DNA of 64,000 bases, from assembly GCF_000143415.4 (NCBI RefSeq), contig NW_003314321.1, positions 1,126,236-1,190,235 on the forward strand. The letters run 5' to 3'. Origin of the DNA: Selaginella moellendorffii. Lineage: Eukaryota; Plantae; Lycopodiophyta. The notes under the pieces are model-generated. The model did not search any database. It was not told the origin of the DNA and saw only the letters and a list, made by a program, of their open reading frames with translations. Shown one piece after another: positions 1 through 12,880 of this stretch (its first letter is position 1; the number at the start of each line of letters is the position of its first letter). The position numbers and the translations under genes are program-made.

Positions 1-1
1 T

Positions 2-1573
2 GCTACCAGTAGTGAGTGCGATGTACTCCGCTTCTGCACTAGAAAGGGCCACCACAGATTGTCGCTTGGAGGCCCACGTGATGGCACCTCCTGAGAAGGA
101 AAGGCAAATGCCAGAAGTCGAGCGATGACCTTTGTTGTTGGCAAAACTAGCATCTGTGTAGCATGCTAATGATGCATCACCCCCTGAATAAGCAATGCCA
201 TAGTCCATAGTGCCCCGGAGGTATCTCACGATACGCTTGGCAGCTTGCCAATGTATGGTGGTTGGTGATGTGTTGTACTGACTCAAGGCAATAGTCGCAT
301 ATGTGATGTCGGGGCGAGTCATCAGGGCCAAATATGTGAGGCAACCAATGAGATGCCGATAGGGAGTCCCAGTGGGTAGAGGCTCACCAGACTGCTCAAC
401 TGTGAGGTTGATAGCACCAACGACCATCGGGGTCTTGACGGGGTGGCAATCACGCATACCAAACCGATCCAGCAAGACTTCGACTTTACGTCGTTGGCTA
501 AGCATGTAGCCACCAGAATCAGGATCACGTGTGACTTCAAAGCCAAGAAAGTAGGAGACTCTGCCAAGGTCCTTCATCTGGAATTGCTGGCTGAGAGCAT
601 CTTTCAGAGCAGCAATGGCATCGTTGTCATCACCCATGATGAGCAAATCATCAACGTAGAGGGCCACAATAACCATGCGCTCAGCATGACCATTGACATA
701 CACATTGTGATCAGCATGACAGCGACGAAAGCCTTGAGCACGTAGGGTGGCATCAAATTTTTGATACCAAATACGAGAGCTCTGTTTTAAGCCATACAAA
801 GCTTTCCGCAATTGCCATATAGGGCCACCAGGGGCAACATCGTCCTCAAAACCAGGAGGTATATGCATATAGATGTCCTCTTGCAAATCCCCATTCAGAA
901 ATGCAGTTTTGACATCCATATGGTGGACTTGCCATTTGCGAGCAGCTGCAAGGGCAAAAAGAGTACGGAGGCTGGCCATTTTTACAACCGGTGAGAATGT
1001 TTCATCGTAGTCAAGGCCATGGACTTGGCGAAAACCACGAACAACCAACCGTGCCTTATAACGTACAACCTGGCCATCTTTCCCATACTTTTTGGAAAAA
1101 ATCCATTTTGGATCCAAAACACGTCGTCCCGGTGGCGCTGAATCAACTGGAACATAAGTTCCGTTAGCCCGAATGGAAGAAACTTCTTCCGCAATAGCTT
1201 CCATCCAAGATGAAGCCTCAGGTCCTGAGATAGCCTCATCATAGGTCATGGGGATGCCGATGTCAATAAGGCCACAAAAGTCATCAAGCTCTGCAGCATC
1301 TGCTTCAGCATTTTCCCGGACTTTTAACGAGGGCCGACGTTCCCGGGGGTGATCAAGAACTGGCATCGGATCAGGCATGCCACGACGTCGACAAGGTGGT
1401 GGAGGTGTCGGAGGCGTCGGAGGCCTATCCTCAACTAGAGGAGCATCAGCTGGTTCAAGCATGTCCAGAAGTGGAGGATTCCCCAATGGAATCTCTGGTG
1501 GCAACTCATAAATAGGATCTTGAGGCGGAGGCAAGAGTGGACCATCTCCCATAAGTGGGATCAAAGGAACAAG
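2..1573 (-). CDS. Copia Pro-rich linker + reverse transcriptase + RNase H, same frame as 1574-3808, open to the window edge
   Basis: Manual translation shows no stop from 1573 to 2: ...WMEAIAEEV..KARLVVRGFRQVHGLDYDETFSPV..HHMDVKTAFLNGDLQEDIYM..LYVDD..YTDASFA..SSAEAEY. Confidence 0.9.
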
Positions 1574-3808
1574 TCAAGTCTCAGCAATAAAAGAAGGATC
1601 TTGAAGAGCCTCTGTACGCATGGGAAAGTCGTCTTCATTGAACATGACATCTGTGCTTACAATAGCCTTGTGAGAGGCAAGATCCCACAACTTGTAAGCT
1701 TTTCTCCCGATAGTGTCGTCCTGTGCATATCCCACGAAGATGAATTTTTTACTCTTGGGATCTAGCTTTTTCCGAAGTTGATCAGGGGTATGTGCGTATG
1801 CTGCACAACTGAAGACCCGAAAGTGGGACACATCAGGAGTAGAACCTGTCCAAAATGCCTCAGGGGTTTTTCCATCCAAAGCAGCCGTGGCAAGGCGATT
1901 TTGTACATGCATTGCTGTGGCTATGGCCTCTTGCCAAAACATCTTGTCAAGATGTGCATCAGCTAACAAAGCACGAGCAGCATTGACAAGAGTACGATTC
2001 TTCCTTTCTGCAACACCATTTTGCTGGGGGGTGTAGCGGGCTGTAGCTTGCAGTCGTATGCCTACATCACGACAGATGCCCCGAAGCTCATTGTTGAGGT
2101 ATTCGCCACCACCATCAACTCGAAGAGCTTTTATCTTTCGACCAAGGAGGTTTTCAACGTATGCCTTGTACGTTTGAAAGGCAGCAACTGCATCACTCTT
2201 ACGTATCAAGAAGTGGATGCATGTTCGACGGCTATAGTCATCAATGAATGTGATGAAATATCTTGCGCCATCGTGACTTGGCACGTCCATGGGGCCGCAA
2301 AGATCAGAATGGACTAAGTCCAGAAGTCCAAGTGCTCGATGCTTACTCGGTGAGAAGTTCCGGCGGTGATGCTTGCCTAAAACACAAGCTTCACAAAATG
2401 TAGATGGGATACGTCGGAAATCCAATCCAGTAACGATATCTTGGGATTTCATCCGTTGAAGAGATTGGTAATGAACATGACCGAGTCTTTTATGCCAAAG
2501 CTCCGCACGAGAATCTGCCTCCACAGTCTGAAAGGCTTGAACTGGGTCGACAGCAGTAATCTCATACAAGTCCCCAATGCGTGACCCACGAAGCAACTGT
2601 GTACCAAGCATATGAAAGTCGCTAGAGTCAACTAAAGAGACTCCCTTTGCATCAAAGACTACCACCGCATTTTGATCACATAGCTTGGCGACGGACATTA
2701 AGTTTCGTCGCAAGGTGGAAACATGCATGGCACCATCAAAGGCCATGGTCCTCCCATGATCGAGTGAGAGCCGGAATTGCCCGATGCCGTCCACCGGGAT
2801 GGTGGTATTGTCACCTAAATGAACACCACGTTTTCCAATGCTCGGCTGATAACACTCAAAAAGACTCTTCTTATTGCTCATAAGATTAGTACAACCAGAG
2901 TCTAAGAGCCACCGGCTTGGTGCGGCAATTGCCTCTGCGTTGTAGAGCTCCTCAACAGCCTCATTTGCAGTAGCAATTCCATCACGCTCAAGCAAATTAG
3001 CTTTCGCCAACGTAGCTAGTCGCTTGACAGGCTTGGGAGCAGGGCAATCTCGAGCCCAATGGCCCATCGCCAAGAAGCGAGCACACTGATTCTTAGCAAG
3101 TCTGGGCTTGGCACGCCCAGATGCCACGGAATTTTGCCCTTTCTGGGCATTTGCAGCTGCATGCGGTTTTGCCACCTGGGCATCACCAGAAGCCTGCGAA
3201 GCATACATAGCCTGTGGCATTTCAGCTCTCTCGCTTCGCATGGCCTCAATGTTGCGAAGACTCCTCACGGCATCTGCCCAAGTCATCCCTGGTTGGAGAA
3301 GCAGGCTCTCAACTGCATTCTTCCAGCTCGCTGGCAAGGACCTGTAGAGCCGCAGCCTCTGCTGTTCATCCGTGAGACAGTGCTTCGCCCCAGCAGCTGC
3401 AAGTTGTGTGAAGAAACCCTGGAGCTTGGCAGTGTGAGTCTGGATACTGCCATTTTCCTCTAGCCTCAAGGAATCCATTTGTGAATGGATGTTAAAGACA
3501 TCCATTTCACTCTTGGTGCCATAAGTGTCACTCAGCCACTTCCAAAGCTCTGCCGCAGTGGACTTTGGAATCGATGGGGTAGCAAAGAGAACATTTGAGG
3601 ACAAGCACATTGCAATACTCCCTTTAGCCTTGGAATCCCGAAGGTTCCAATCACGCACCTCAGCAGCGCTAGAGCCTGGAGCCGGTGATGACTCTGTCCC
3701 ATCTACAATCCCCAACAAACCATGAAACAAGAGATAGGATTCAAGATGGATCTTGAATCCCTCAAACCCTTCTCCATCAAACTCGCGGATGGATGGCTTT
3801 CCTTCCAT
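1574..3808 (-). CDS. Copia gag-protease-integrase portion of the polyprotein (ends at an in-frame TGA)
   Basis: 744-aa ORF with the motifs above; Zn knuckle degenerate (CARFLAMGHWARDC, second Cys replaced by Phe). Confidence 0.93.
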   Translation of the reverse strand: MEGKPSIREFDGEGFEGFKIHLESYLLFHGLLGIVDGTESSPAPGSSAAEVRDWNLRDSKAKGSIAMCLSSNVLFATPSIPKSTAAELWKWLSDTYGTKSEMDVFNIHSQMDSLRLEENGSIQTHTAKLQGFFTQLAAAGAKHCLTDEQQRLRLYRSLPASWKNAVESLLLQPGMTWADAVRSLRNIEAMRSERAEMPQAMYASQASGDAQVAKPHAAANAQKGQNSVASGRAKPRLAKNQCARFLAMGHWARDCPAPKPVKRLATLAKANLLERDGIATANEAVEELYNAEAIAAPSRWLLDSGCTNLMSNKKSLFECYQPSIGKRGVHLGDNTTIPVDGIGQFRLSLDHGRTMAFDGAMHVSTLRRNLMSVAKLCDQNAVVVFDAKGVSLVDSSDFHMLGTQLLRGSRIGDLYEITAVDPVQAFQTVEADSRAELWHKRLGHVHYQSLQRMKSQDIVTGLDFRRIPSTFCEACVLGKHHRRNFSPSKHRALGLLDLVHSDLCGPMDVPSHDGARYFITFIDDYSRRTCIHFLIRKSDAVAAFQTYKAYVENLLGRKIKALRVDGGGEYLNNELRGICRDVGIRLQATARYTPQQNGVAERKNRTLVNAARALLADAHLDKMFWQEAIATAMHVQNRLATAALDGKTPEAFWTGSTPDVSHFRVFSCAAYAHTPDQLRKKLDPKSKKFIFVGYAQDDTIGRKAYKLWDLASHKAIVSTDVMFNEDDFPMRTEALQDPSFIAET

Positions 3809-3820
3809 AGCGCTATCCCA

Positions 3821-3832
3821 GCTCCGATACCA
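3821..3832 (-). promoter_or_regulatory. Primer-binding site (tRNA-iMet type)
   Basis: Minus strand TGGTATCGGAGC (canonical TGGTATCAGAGC) directly after LTR-terminal CA, 12 nt before the gag ATG. Confidence 0.9.
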
Positions 3833-4113
3833 TGAGACAAATCGGGATCAAAGCGCACCGCGCTAGCGGACAGAACAGGAAAACCCTAATGGACACGTGG
3901 CGAGGTGTGTCGTGTAACAGTATGTACCTGGTGTGGTTTGTTGGAAGAAGGCAAGATGTCCAACTCGGTGTCGAGACAATGGTGGATGTTCAACGAGGGG
4001 CTTTTGTGAAGGCCAGGATCTTGGGGCTCCCTGTCTCGCAGCTTAGAAGATTCTCGGCCAGGATGATCTTCCTGGCAAGGAAACGTTAGGCTACAGGACT
4101 CTTTACCTTAACA
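3833..4113 (-). repeat. 5' LTR of the copia element (~281 bp)
   Basis: Minus strand begins TGTTAAGG at 4113 and ends TCTCA at 3833 next to the PBS. The outer boundary is inferred because the partner LTR is outside the window. Confidence 0.65.
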
Positions 4114-6090
4114 GGCGATGCAACCTCGGATGGAGTGTGGCTGCTTTCGTGGAGCAGATTAAAATGCGCTAGATCCTGTGGCACACTTTGAATATCCTAG
4201 TCCACCGGAAAAAATTAAAATGCATTGAAAAGGTGAACAAGGATCTCAACACTTCTAATTCACATGATGCTTGAGGGGATTGGGATGTACTAGATGTTCC
4301 ATGACCATGCTCTAAGTTGGTGGATTGAGCTCCCCACGAAAATTCCTCTGTTGCTCACCTCTTGATGGAGAGGCTCTCATTGCTCATCGTTCAAGTTATT
4401 GACTGTACAACCTTGACATTGGACTAGCAGACCAAGAGCATAAGGTGATCCTATATGAAGATGTGAGTTTTCATGCTTGAGGCATCCATGACCAGCACAA
4501 GCTGGAGTTGTGGCAGTTCTAGTTTTTTAGTTGCACGGTGGTGTATCTTCTACACCTCAAATCTGAAGTGTTACAACATTTCTCAGGTTCAAAGCTGTAG
4601 GCAAGAGGGCAGCACTTGAAACTACTCAGGTGTGACGGAGGTGGTGAGTACACATAAGGTGAATTCAATCGAGTTTGCCAAGAGGCTGAAGAATTCACAG
4701 CTGCTTATTCTCCCCAGCAAAACGGTTGCGTTGAGAGGAAGAATCACACTCTGGTGGAAAGTACACGAGCTATGCTACAGGTTAGTGGCCCAGTTGACGG
4801 ACATTGGATGGAAGCCCTTGTTTCACACTTGCGCATGAAGCTTGGGCCACATGAAGAAAGCTTGATGCTAAGAGCGTTGAGTGTAAATTCTTGGGTTACA
4901 GGCTGCTTGGCGTCTCCAAATTCATGCTGCCTGGCATCTCCGGAATCCTGCTACACACATAGTGATTATCAGCAGGTGAACTTTAACAAGCTTGTCTCAC
5001 AGCCTACCTCCTCCAGAAACTGTGGGAGCTTCTTCATCTTTGAGACATCCTCCTGAGGATCTTTGAGTGGGCTCAATCTCCATCTCAGTGACACCAGTGG
5101 TGAATGTCCCCTGGATCTCGTTCCTCCAGATTTGACAGTCCGTGCCAGACAATCGCCTCTACTATTAGAAACTTCTGATGGTGCCCCTCTTATGCTCAAG
5201 CCATGGATTCTCCAGGAGCTAAATTCTAGCTTGCTGCAATGGAGAATGAGATGCATTCGCATTCGCAGAGGAAGAATGGCACGTGTTGGTTTCTTGCATT
5301 CCAAGGCATGCATAAGGCTGACTTTCATGGATTCTTCATGCCTTCTCAAGTTTGCTGGTGCGGGTGACTAGGACATAGAGCAGTTATATGTCACTACTGC
5401 TTATCTCTATGGAGAATTGGAAGAGGAAATTTACATGCAGCAGCCAGATGGATTTGCCAAACTAGGAAAAGAGAGTCGCAGCAATCTTTACATCCAGTTC
5501 TGCGCACCGGATTTCACCATCCTTGGCCTCTATGTTAATGACAGTCTGGTCACTGCCATGTGAAGAAGAACCTGTCGACCCAGTTCGGAATGAAGGCACT
5601 TGTGAGATATTTTCTTGGCATGATGGAGCTGATTGGTGACTGTGCACAAGGAATTATCTATGTCCATCAACATTGACATTCTCTGTCAAACTCTCATCCA
5701 GTCTATCGGGAGCTTGCTATATCGCCTGCTTGTGGTACCAGGGCGGGCAACTTGGCTTTAGTGACGCTGACTGGGCAGGGATACCCACTTCCCATCTCAT
5801 TCCAAAAAGTTAGCCACACATTGTGGACTCCATGTCCCTTACCACTATGAGCCCAATTTCCGTATGAGTCTCTAGGGGGAGTATTTGGCTGCCTCTCATG
5901 CAGCCAAAAAACGAACGTTTGGCTCAGAGCCTTACTTGCAGAGATTGGCCTCCCTCAGCAAGGTCCAACGAGGCTGTGGCGTGACAACCAGCTCAACCCT
6001 CGCTACCATTGCCACACCAAGATCATCACTTGATTCTTGAGATGGCATACTGCACGGCCGATATCTTAGGTATGATTACTCCTTTGGCAT
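4114..6090 (+). mobile_element. Older, heavily degenerate Ty1/copia remnant (integrase, RT, RNase H fragments)
   Basis: Plus-strand fragments GGGEYT and PQQNGCVERKNHTLVE (~4640-4760), DIEQLYVTTAYLYGELEEEIYMQQPDGF (~5372-5458) and SDADWAG (~5760), broken by stops and frameshifts. Confidence 0.88.
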
Positions 6091-6133
6091 AGGAGGCTGT
6101 AATAACTCGACTAAATATTTCCAAAGGGTGCTG

Positions 6134-9100
6134 CTAAATTACAACCTTGTATGGATCTTCAGGAAGCCTAACTAGGCCGCCTTGGTCCTGTACCTGAAAG
6201 GAACATACTTAAAGCATCCGTCTCGAGCTCTTAGCGAATCTCACCTGCTGAATAAGAAGCTCAAGCAATGGAATTGACGAAAGTGCCTTCATGGAGCCAA
6301 TCATAATAAGCTTTTTCTGCAGTTGAACATCAGCTGAGTGGATAGATGTAAGCGCCGGTTTACCTTGGCTCTGGTTATTGCAACATTGATTCGATGCCAG
6401 TCTGTTAGAAGGGATCCTAAAACTCGATGATCTTCGGATAGCGCAAACGATACTAGAATGCAATCCTTGTCTTTTCCCTGACAAACAGATGTTACGTCTC
6501 ATGGAACATAGGAAACCAACCTGGTATTTGTCGATAGTATGGACTTCGACGTCCGCGAGGCCTGCACCATTGTCACTTATCCGTTGCCTGATGTAATCTA
6601 CCTGGCCTTTGTAAGGGCTGATCACCCCCACGGAGCGTGTATCCACTCCACCTTTCTTTAAATTATGGAGTATCTGGGAGCGAACTCTGGGTCTCAGAAA
6701 AGAATGAGGAAACCGATACTCACATCAATCAATACAGAACACTCGACAGAGTTGTGCTTTGCGTGACCATGATGCCTATCTTGTGAGCTAATATTGTCTG
6801 CATTTATCCGAAATCTGTAACCCGACAAAACTAATCAAAGTGAAACATTACCTACGTCCAGGAAAAGTACACTTAGCGCGCAATCTAAAACCTGCAGAGC
6901 ATACTTTAGTAAAATCGTGTCTTAGGAGTACCAGACTCATTTACCTGTTGAGTCCATGGAGGTAATCCCTTTGAAATATCTACATAAAGCCGAGCGTTGG
7001 CGACTTCGGTTGATCCACATCTCAAACGATTGCCATAAATTAAAACATTCGAAAGGTTCATTATGGCTGAGCACATACGATACTGCAAAACACGCAGCTA
7101 ATATCCAGCTAACAGCAGAAAATTTACCTGGAATTCAAGAGCCGCAACAGCAAATGGGTGCGCTTCGGAAAGCTTGCGAAAGAGGCTGATAGCCATTCCC
7201 TTTTCTCTAGCCTCCGCACTCTGCAATGCATGTGTGATGTCACTACAGCAAAAGACTAATTTAGCACCTGAACAAGAGGAGGGAGCTGATAGTGATCACC
7301 AACAAGAACGAAGGCTCGTGCATACCGCAGCGGTCCTAAACAAACCTGGATACACCAGCTTCAGTGATAGTACACTGTCACAAACACTCACAGGTAAAGT
7401 AATCTGTCCAGCCTCGTCAACGATGCAGACGTCGAACTTCCGTCTGGAAAATAAAGCGTGCGTTATGCCAAGGCAAGTCGTTCCAACTACTCGAGCTTGA
7501 CTTATTTTCAAACTCAGCTCGTCGACAGATGTCACGTTTGTCCCTATGGCATGTTGAACAAGCTCGGGATGAATCGTTTCTGGCCTACCCACACGAACGA
7601 AGTCTACGCCCTGCAACACCACGTGCTTGAGGAAAAAAACGACAATATTCATCACACCTGGGACTTCAGTTTCAAAAGTATGTTGTCAATAGCAGAGTTC
7701 GTGTACGACGCCAACAAAATAGACAAGCCTCTTAAGAGCAGAGCCCGTACCGCATAGACGATTGTTGAGGTCTTTCCTGTGCCAGGCATTCCCAGTATTA
7801 GACAGTAGTCTCTGGCTGAGATTATCTGCATGAAACATTCCAGTGAGTACACTTGGGGTGAACATATAAAACCAAGCTTACCTTCCCGATAGCACTGCGC
7901 TGGTCTTTGTTCAGATTTGTTAGTGTATTAACATAAGTTGAAGCAGGGTCTTGGCTAACTCTTAAAAAATTGTCGAACACCGGTGCCTGGTCGAGAACGT
8001 CCACACAGAACATCTAAAATCGTAAATGCTTACCTCAAGATCGACAATAAGTTCGCGGGAACGCCTAGCCCCATCTCTCACAAAAAGTTGTAACACATTA
8101 TATCTTCGAAGGACAAGTTAGAGCAACAAAATTTTACAGATGGCTTACCTCATAACAGCAAAAGAGGAACTACTATCATCCCTATCTAGTCGCCACACTT
8201 CATGAAATATTCTATTTGCCTTGGTAGTTCCAGGCAACCTTAGCGCACGAGATACGGAGACCTGGAAACAATGTAAGTCATAATCAGAGAAGACAAGCAA
8301 GCGTTACCATAACGAAGTCAGGGTTGATACTTCTGACAATACCTCCGGCAAGTGCGAAAAAACCACTTTCCGTGCTCAACAACTGCGGAAAACATCATAA
8401 AGGGCAAAAGAACAACCAAAGCACATACCACGTAATCTCCTAATGTGAATATTTGTTCCTGGTTACCCTTTTGTAGATTACTCGATGATGCTGCCTTTTG
8501 AAAACGATAAATAACGCTTCCAGGCCTTTCCTTGTCATCATTGAAGGATGTTATGACCATTGACGAAAGACATCGATTACGTTCTTCCCGCTGACCACCG
8601 CAAGGTCTCCATATTTCGCTTTGAGTGGACTGAGATAACAAGCAGAATTGAGACCGAAGAAAACGCCATAACGTACTTACAAAATGCAATTGAGCTTCCA
8701 AATCAATCAAATGTTCCCAATGCTGAAGAAATTTCCCATGCTTGTGATTTAGGTGGGCAGTGAATGCATCAAAAACTTCCCCGAGACCACTGGACTCTCC
8801 CGTTCCACCGTCTTGCACCTGGAGCTCATTGTCAGGGTCTCGAAAACATCGACATTTGTGAGCACACACCTTATGGTACATAGTGCACACGTCAAGGAGC
8901 GGGCATCCACGGCACATGTGCGAGCTCTGCATAGAATCGGTTACTTTTTGGTGGAAGAAAGAAACATCTAACCTGCAACATTGGCGGTAAAGCCTGAGTT
9001 GACAAAGCACGAAGCAGATGAGATGCATGCTCGTTCCGCCGCATCAAAAGACCTGTAACGTCCGCACGTTGAGCCTGAATGCCCTGTTTTGAACTTGATC

Positions 9101-11318
9101 AGATTAGACACTACATGAATCATCGAAATACCAGAGTCTGTTTGGTATGCAGGTAATACAGCATTCCTTGATTCACGTCTTGGGAATACCTGCAAGAAAC
9201 TATAAAAGAGTATTTTTAAAGAAAAGCAACGCACCTGTCGGACATCAAAAGCGTGTATAAAATAACCTGGGCACGATGCTCTACTCCAGCCTGTCAAAAT
9301 TGTTCAAGCTTTACGCTTCAAAGCCGAATTCTAGTGTTCATATTGACCTGACCAGTTGTTGCTCTCCCCGTTTTGAACTCAAGGGGCATGTGTTCCTCGT
9401 CGACTCTTACCGATGCATCGATCATTCCTTTCAGCCCGTACTTCGGCGACAAGATCATCTCCTCAATATCTACAACCTGAAAAGAGTGAAAGCGTGATTC
9501 ATACAGCTTAAAGTTTTTGGTGCAGTACCTCTGTAATGGCGACACGGCGTTCACCAGTCCCCATACCAAAGTCAATATTAGCTTCAGATGATTCCTGAAG
9601 GGAAAATGAGTCAAAGCACAGCTGGACTCAGGTTACCTTGGGGTTTCTGTAGGTTTGCAGCCAGTCCAATAGTGGAGGAATGGCGTCAACAAGCTTGATG
9701 AGCGCTTCCTTTTGATTCCCTGCACAATTGATGAATAGAGACCTCCAAAAATAAAATATAACCAGAATTTTACCTGCTAGAGCATACAAACCATCTATAT
9801 GATCCAAAACAATCCTTTTGGCTTGAACTTGCAAATCGTCGTGCGATGGTTTTTCAGCAGTTAACGCTTTCTGCCAAACAGAAGAACAGGACGAAAATGA
9901 GATCACAAAATCAACAGTGTTACACCTGAAAGAGCCGATGAAGCATTGTTCCTAGCAATGCAGCCATAGAACTATCGAACGACTTGAGCCTCTCGTTCAA
10001 GACAGCTCTTCTGGAACAACTGAAACTTGATCCTACCTGAATATACGCATAAAAGAAAAACATCCACGTAGAAAGATAAAAAAGAAAAAACATACCCGTG
10101 ATCCAGAAACAAGCACATCTGGGTGAAGTACAAGCAAATTAGCTTTGTGGTCAACTATGCACTTGTTGTCAGCCCCGAAGTCTCCGATTATGTTTACAGT
10201 ATCACCAGGTCGTACGACACTAGAACTCCTGCACAACGATAACGTGAGCTCTTTAAAATGCAGCAGCTTACAAGCCTACCATTCATCACGAAGGTGAACT
10301 AGTTTCTCAACCGCATTTTTCTCATCGAACAGCCGCAAAACCTGGCAGCACGGTGACGTTTATAAGTTTTTTTCGTAGAAAGAAGTTCAGATACCTTTTG
10401 AGGATAGCAACCAGGACCATGTTCCTTTTGATACTCGGATTCTGTTACCTGAAAAAGAAAAGAATGAAATACGTCTACAAGCAAACTTGTAGCGTACTTC
10501 AAGAACTAGATAATAAATATCCGGCTTAGTGTCCTCCGCGATCCGAGAAACGTTAGTGTGCTGTTCATCGTCATTCTTTGGAATGTGACTTGCCGGTTGG
10601 ACCACACAAGGCTCACTTCCAGGAGCTTTCTTGTCATCAGAAATTACCAGCTCAACCTGATCGAGTAGATCAAGCAGCACCTAAAAGAAACACACCAGAA
10701 ACTTTAAGGGAAAGAGAAAGAAAGCTTCATGTGATACCTTGCGCTTTCCTTGCCGTTTAGATCCATGTTTTATAACAGAGCGCGCCTGGATATGACTAAT
10801 CGGGAAACGGCTGCTGACAAAAGAGAAACCACGTACCTTGCATTGTGGAGCTGGGGACGGGACTCTCAACAGCTGTTGTTTGCTCGTTGGCTGTGTGATT
10901 GGTACATTTTCCTTGTTCGGATCATTCAGCTGGTAGAAATTCCATTAGACGCTCCCTCAAAGAATATAGCTTTTACCTTGAGACGAGGCGAGGTGATGCT
11001 TACACTCACATTCTTCCCTGATTGACAGGGGCGCAAAGCAAGCTTCAAGCCCTGCCATCGCTCGGCAGTGGGGGAGGCTTCCCAGACGATTTCGTCGCTT
11101 CCATCATCAGACCCCTGCGGCGACGCCGAAACCTCGGAAGGCGGCAGCTTGACACGTTTCCTATGACCATTGTCGACATGCTCCTGCTTGACCGGAAGCG
11201 CGATCTCTTGCGGCTGCGAGGAGGGCGATGCTTGGCGCTGGAAGAAATGCTGGATGCCGAACCTCGCTGGCTGCGCTGCCGCTGATGCCTTGGGCGGACG
11301 CTTGCCCTTCCTCGGCAT
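6134..11318 (-). CDS. DNA2: DNA replication ATP-dependent helicase/nuclease DNA2 (JHS1-like), multi-exon
   Basis: Exons give [36 protein letters not shown] (nuclease), Fe-S Cys motif [47 protein letters not shown] and NVAITR. The last exon ends PYKVVI* at 6134. Confidence 0.95.
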
Positions 11319-11355
11319 GGTTGCCGCATAAACCCTAGCTAGGGATTTGGCCAGT

Positions 11356-11364
11356 GGCGGGAAA
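11356..11364 (-). promoter_or_regulatory. E2F binding site upstream of DNA2, next to a telo-box at ~11329
   Basis: Minus strand TTTCCCGCC 38 nt upstream of the DNA2 ATG; AAACCCTA telo-box between them. Confidence 0.7.
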
Positions 11365-11437
11365 CATTTTAAACAGAGGAAAGGAGAAACGCTCCGTTAT
11401 GTTAAAAAGACACTCGAACCAAACAAGAAGCTCTCTT

Positions 11438-12601
11438 TTATCTGCGGCACATCATTCCACCGCTGCCACTGTTGCTGCTACATTGAGTCGCCACTTCCAT
11501 TCGCAATCCCATGTCGGTGATGGTGCTACTAGCGGCGGCCTGGGCCTGGGCCTGGGCCTGGAACACGCACGACTTGCAATCCGCGCTGATCAAAGAGCTA
11601 ACTTGGAACCTGTCCTCCCCGCCCATGATCGGCATGGGAACGCCCACCTTGACCGGGTTGTGAAACTCTGGCCGATAAGTCTGCCCCAGCACTCCATCCA
11701 CAGCGCTCGACAGGTTGAAAAACTTGAACTGGACGTCGAGGTGAGCGAAGCAATCGTCCCGGGTGAGCTCATACTTGTGGATCTTGTTGTCTCTCTCCGT
11801 GATGGGCACCACGGTGATGGAAGCCGACAGCAGCCCCTCCACCGCAAGCTCCACGCTGTTGGTCTCCGCGATGCGCTCCACTCTCACGTCTCCACTGTCC
11901 GAAGTCCACACCGAGTTGGCTCCCGCCGGAACCACGACTGGCTCGCCCTTGTACGTGAACACCAGCTGGTCCACCTCGTCGTCCCACACGCCAACTTTCT
12001 TGGCTCCCACCGTCAAGCTCCTGCTATCCTCGCCAAACATGACCCCCAGAGCTTGTACCCAGGTGAAGTCTCGGCTTCGTCCCTGGACGCGCTTGCCTAT
12101 GAAGTGCGCGTTGATTTGCATGCTGCTGTCCGAGACGATGGCGAAATCCTTGTCCGACATGCCGTGGAAGTAGAACATGACTCCGTCTCCTCCCACGAAG
12201 CGGGGGTCGTAGCAGACGGAGCCATAGCCTCGACAGTTGGGCTTCCGGCCTGTAAAACAAAGCTAGCCGTGAGAAGCAGAAACATTTGCAAAGAGAATAA
12301 GAGGAAAGCACAACTCACGCTTGCACGTAGCCTCGCACTTAGGCGAGCAATCGATGAAGCACGACTGCTTCCCCTGGACGGTGCTCTTCCGGTCGGGGCA
12401 TTGCCACGGGCACTGGAGCACCATCAACCGGCACTTCCTGTTCCTGCCAATGCACTGAGCACGCTCCGGCCCTCTCCTGTACAGGCGGCTGAGAAGGATG
12501 TAGTCCGTCGGCTGGTCCGGATAGCTGTAAGTAGCAGCCGCGGCTGCAACCATCATGAGCACCAAGCTCGACACTAGCACCTGCGCTGCTGCTGCTGCCA
12601 T
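11438..12601 (-). CDS. Root cap / LEA-related secreted Cys-rich protein (2 exons)
   Basis: Signal peptide, Cys-rich region (CPWQCP..CFIDCSPKCEATC), then CYDPRFVGGDGVMFYFHG..INAHFIG..RDFTWVQALG..DDCFAHLD..GVLGQTY..MPIMGG. Confidence 0.9.
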
Positions 12602-12880
12602 TGCTTCCTAAAGTCGATCCTTGCTTGAGGAACTGATGCGGAGTTTGCCACTCTTATAGCCCACTGAGAAGACTTCCGCAATGTTCATGTGCCGCGTCGT
12701 CCAGCACGATGGCATGTTTTCGACATGGCATCACGAGACATGGTGTTTAAAGTCAACCACGACAGAGTTTTGCATTCAAGTACATGAACCTTGCCTGGCG
12801 CACCCTTCCATCAAGCTGGAAGAATCCGAATGTTACATAAATTTACACAGAGATAGCGAAAGGTATGCCACTACCTTGCG

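Larger units (their letters stand above)
1..4113 (-). mobile_element. Ty1/copia LTR retrotransposon, near-intact, 3' part runs off the window
   Basis: Copia domain order gag - Zn knuckle - protease (WLLDSGCT) - GAG-pre-integrase (LWHKRLGH..CEAC) - integrase (DLCGP, FIDDYSR, QNGVAERKNR) - RT (YKARLVVRGF, KALYGLKQ, LYVDDLL) - RNase H (YTDASFA, SSAEAEYIA). PBS and a TG..CA LTR lie upstream. Confidence 0.97.

Noticed and set aside
11354-12577. 407-aa plus-strand ORF
   Set aside because: Antisense shadow of the GC3-rich root-cap gene; no recognisable motifs.
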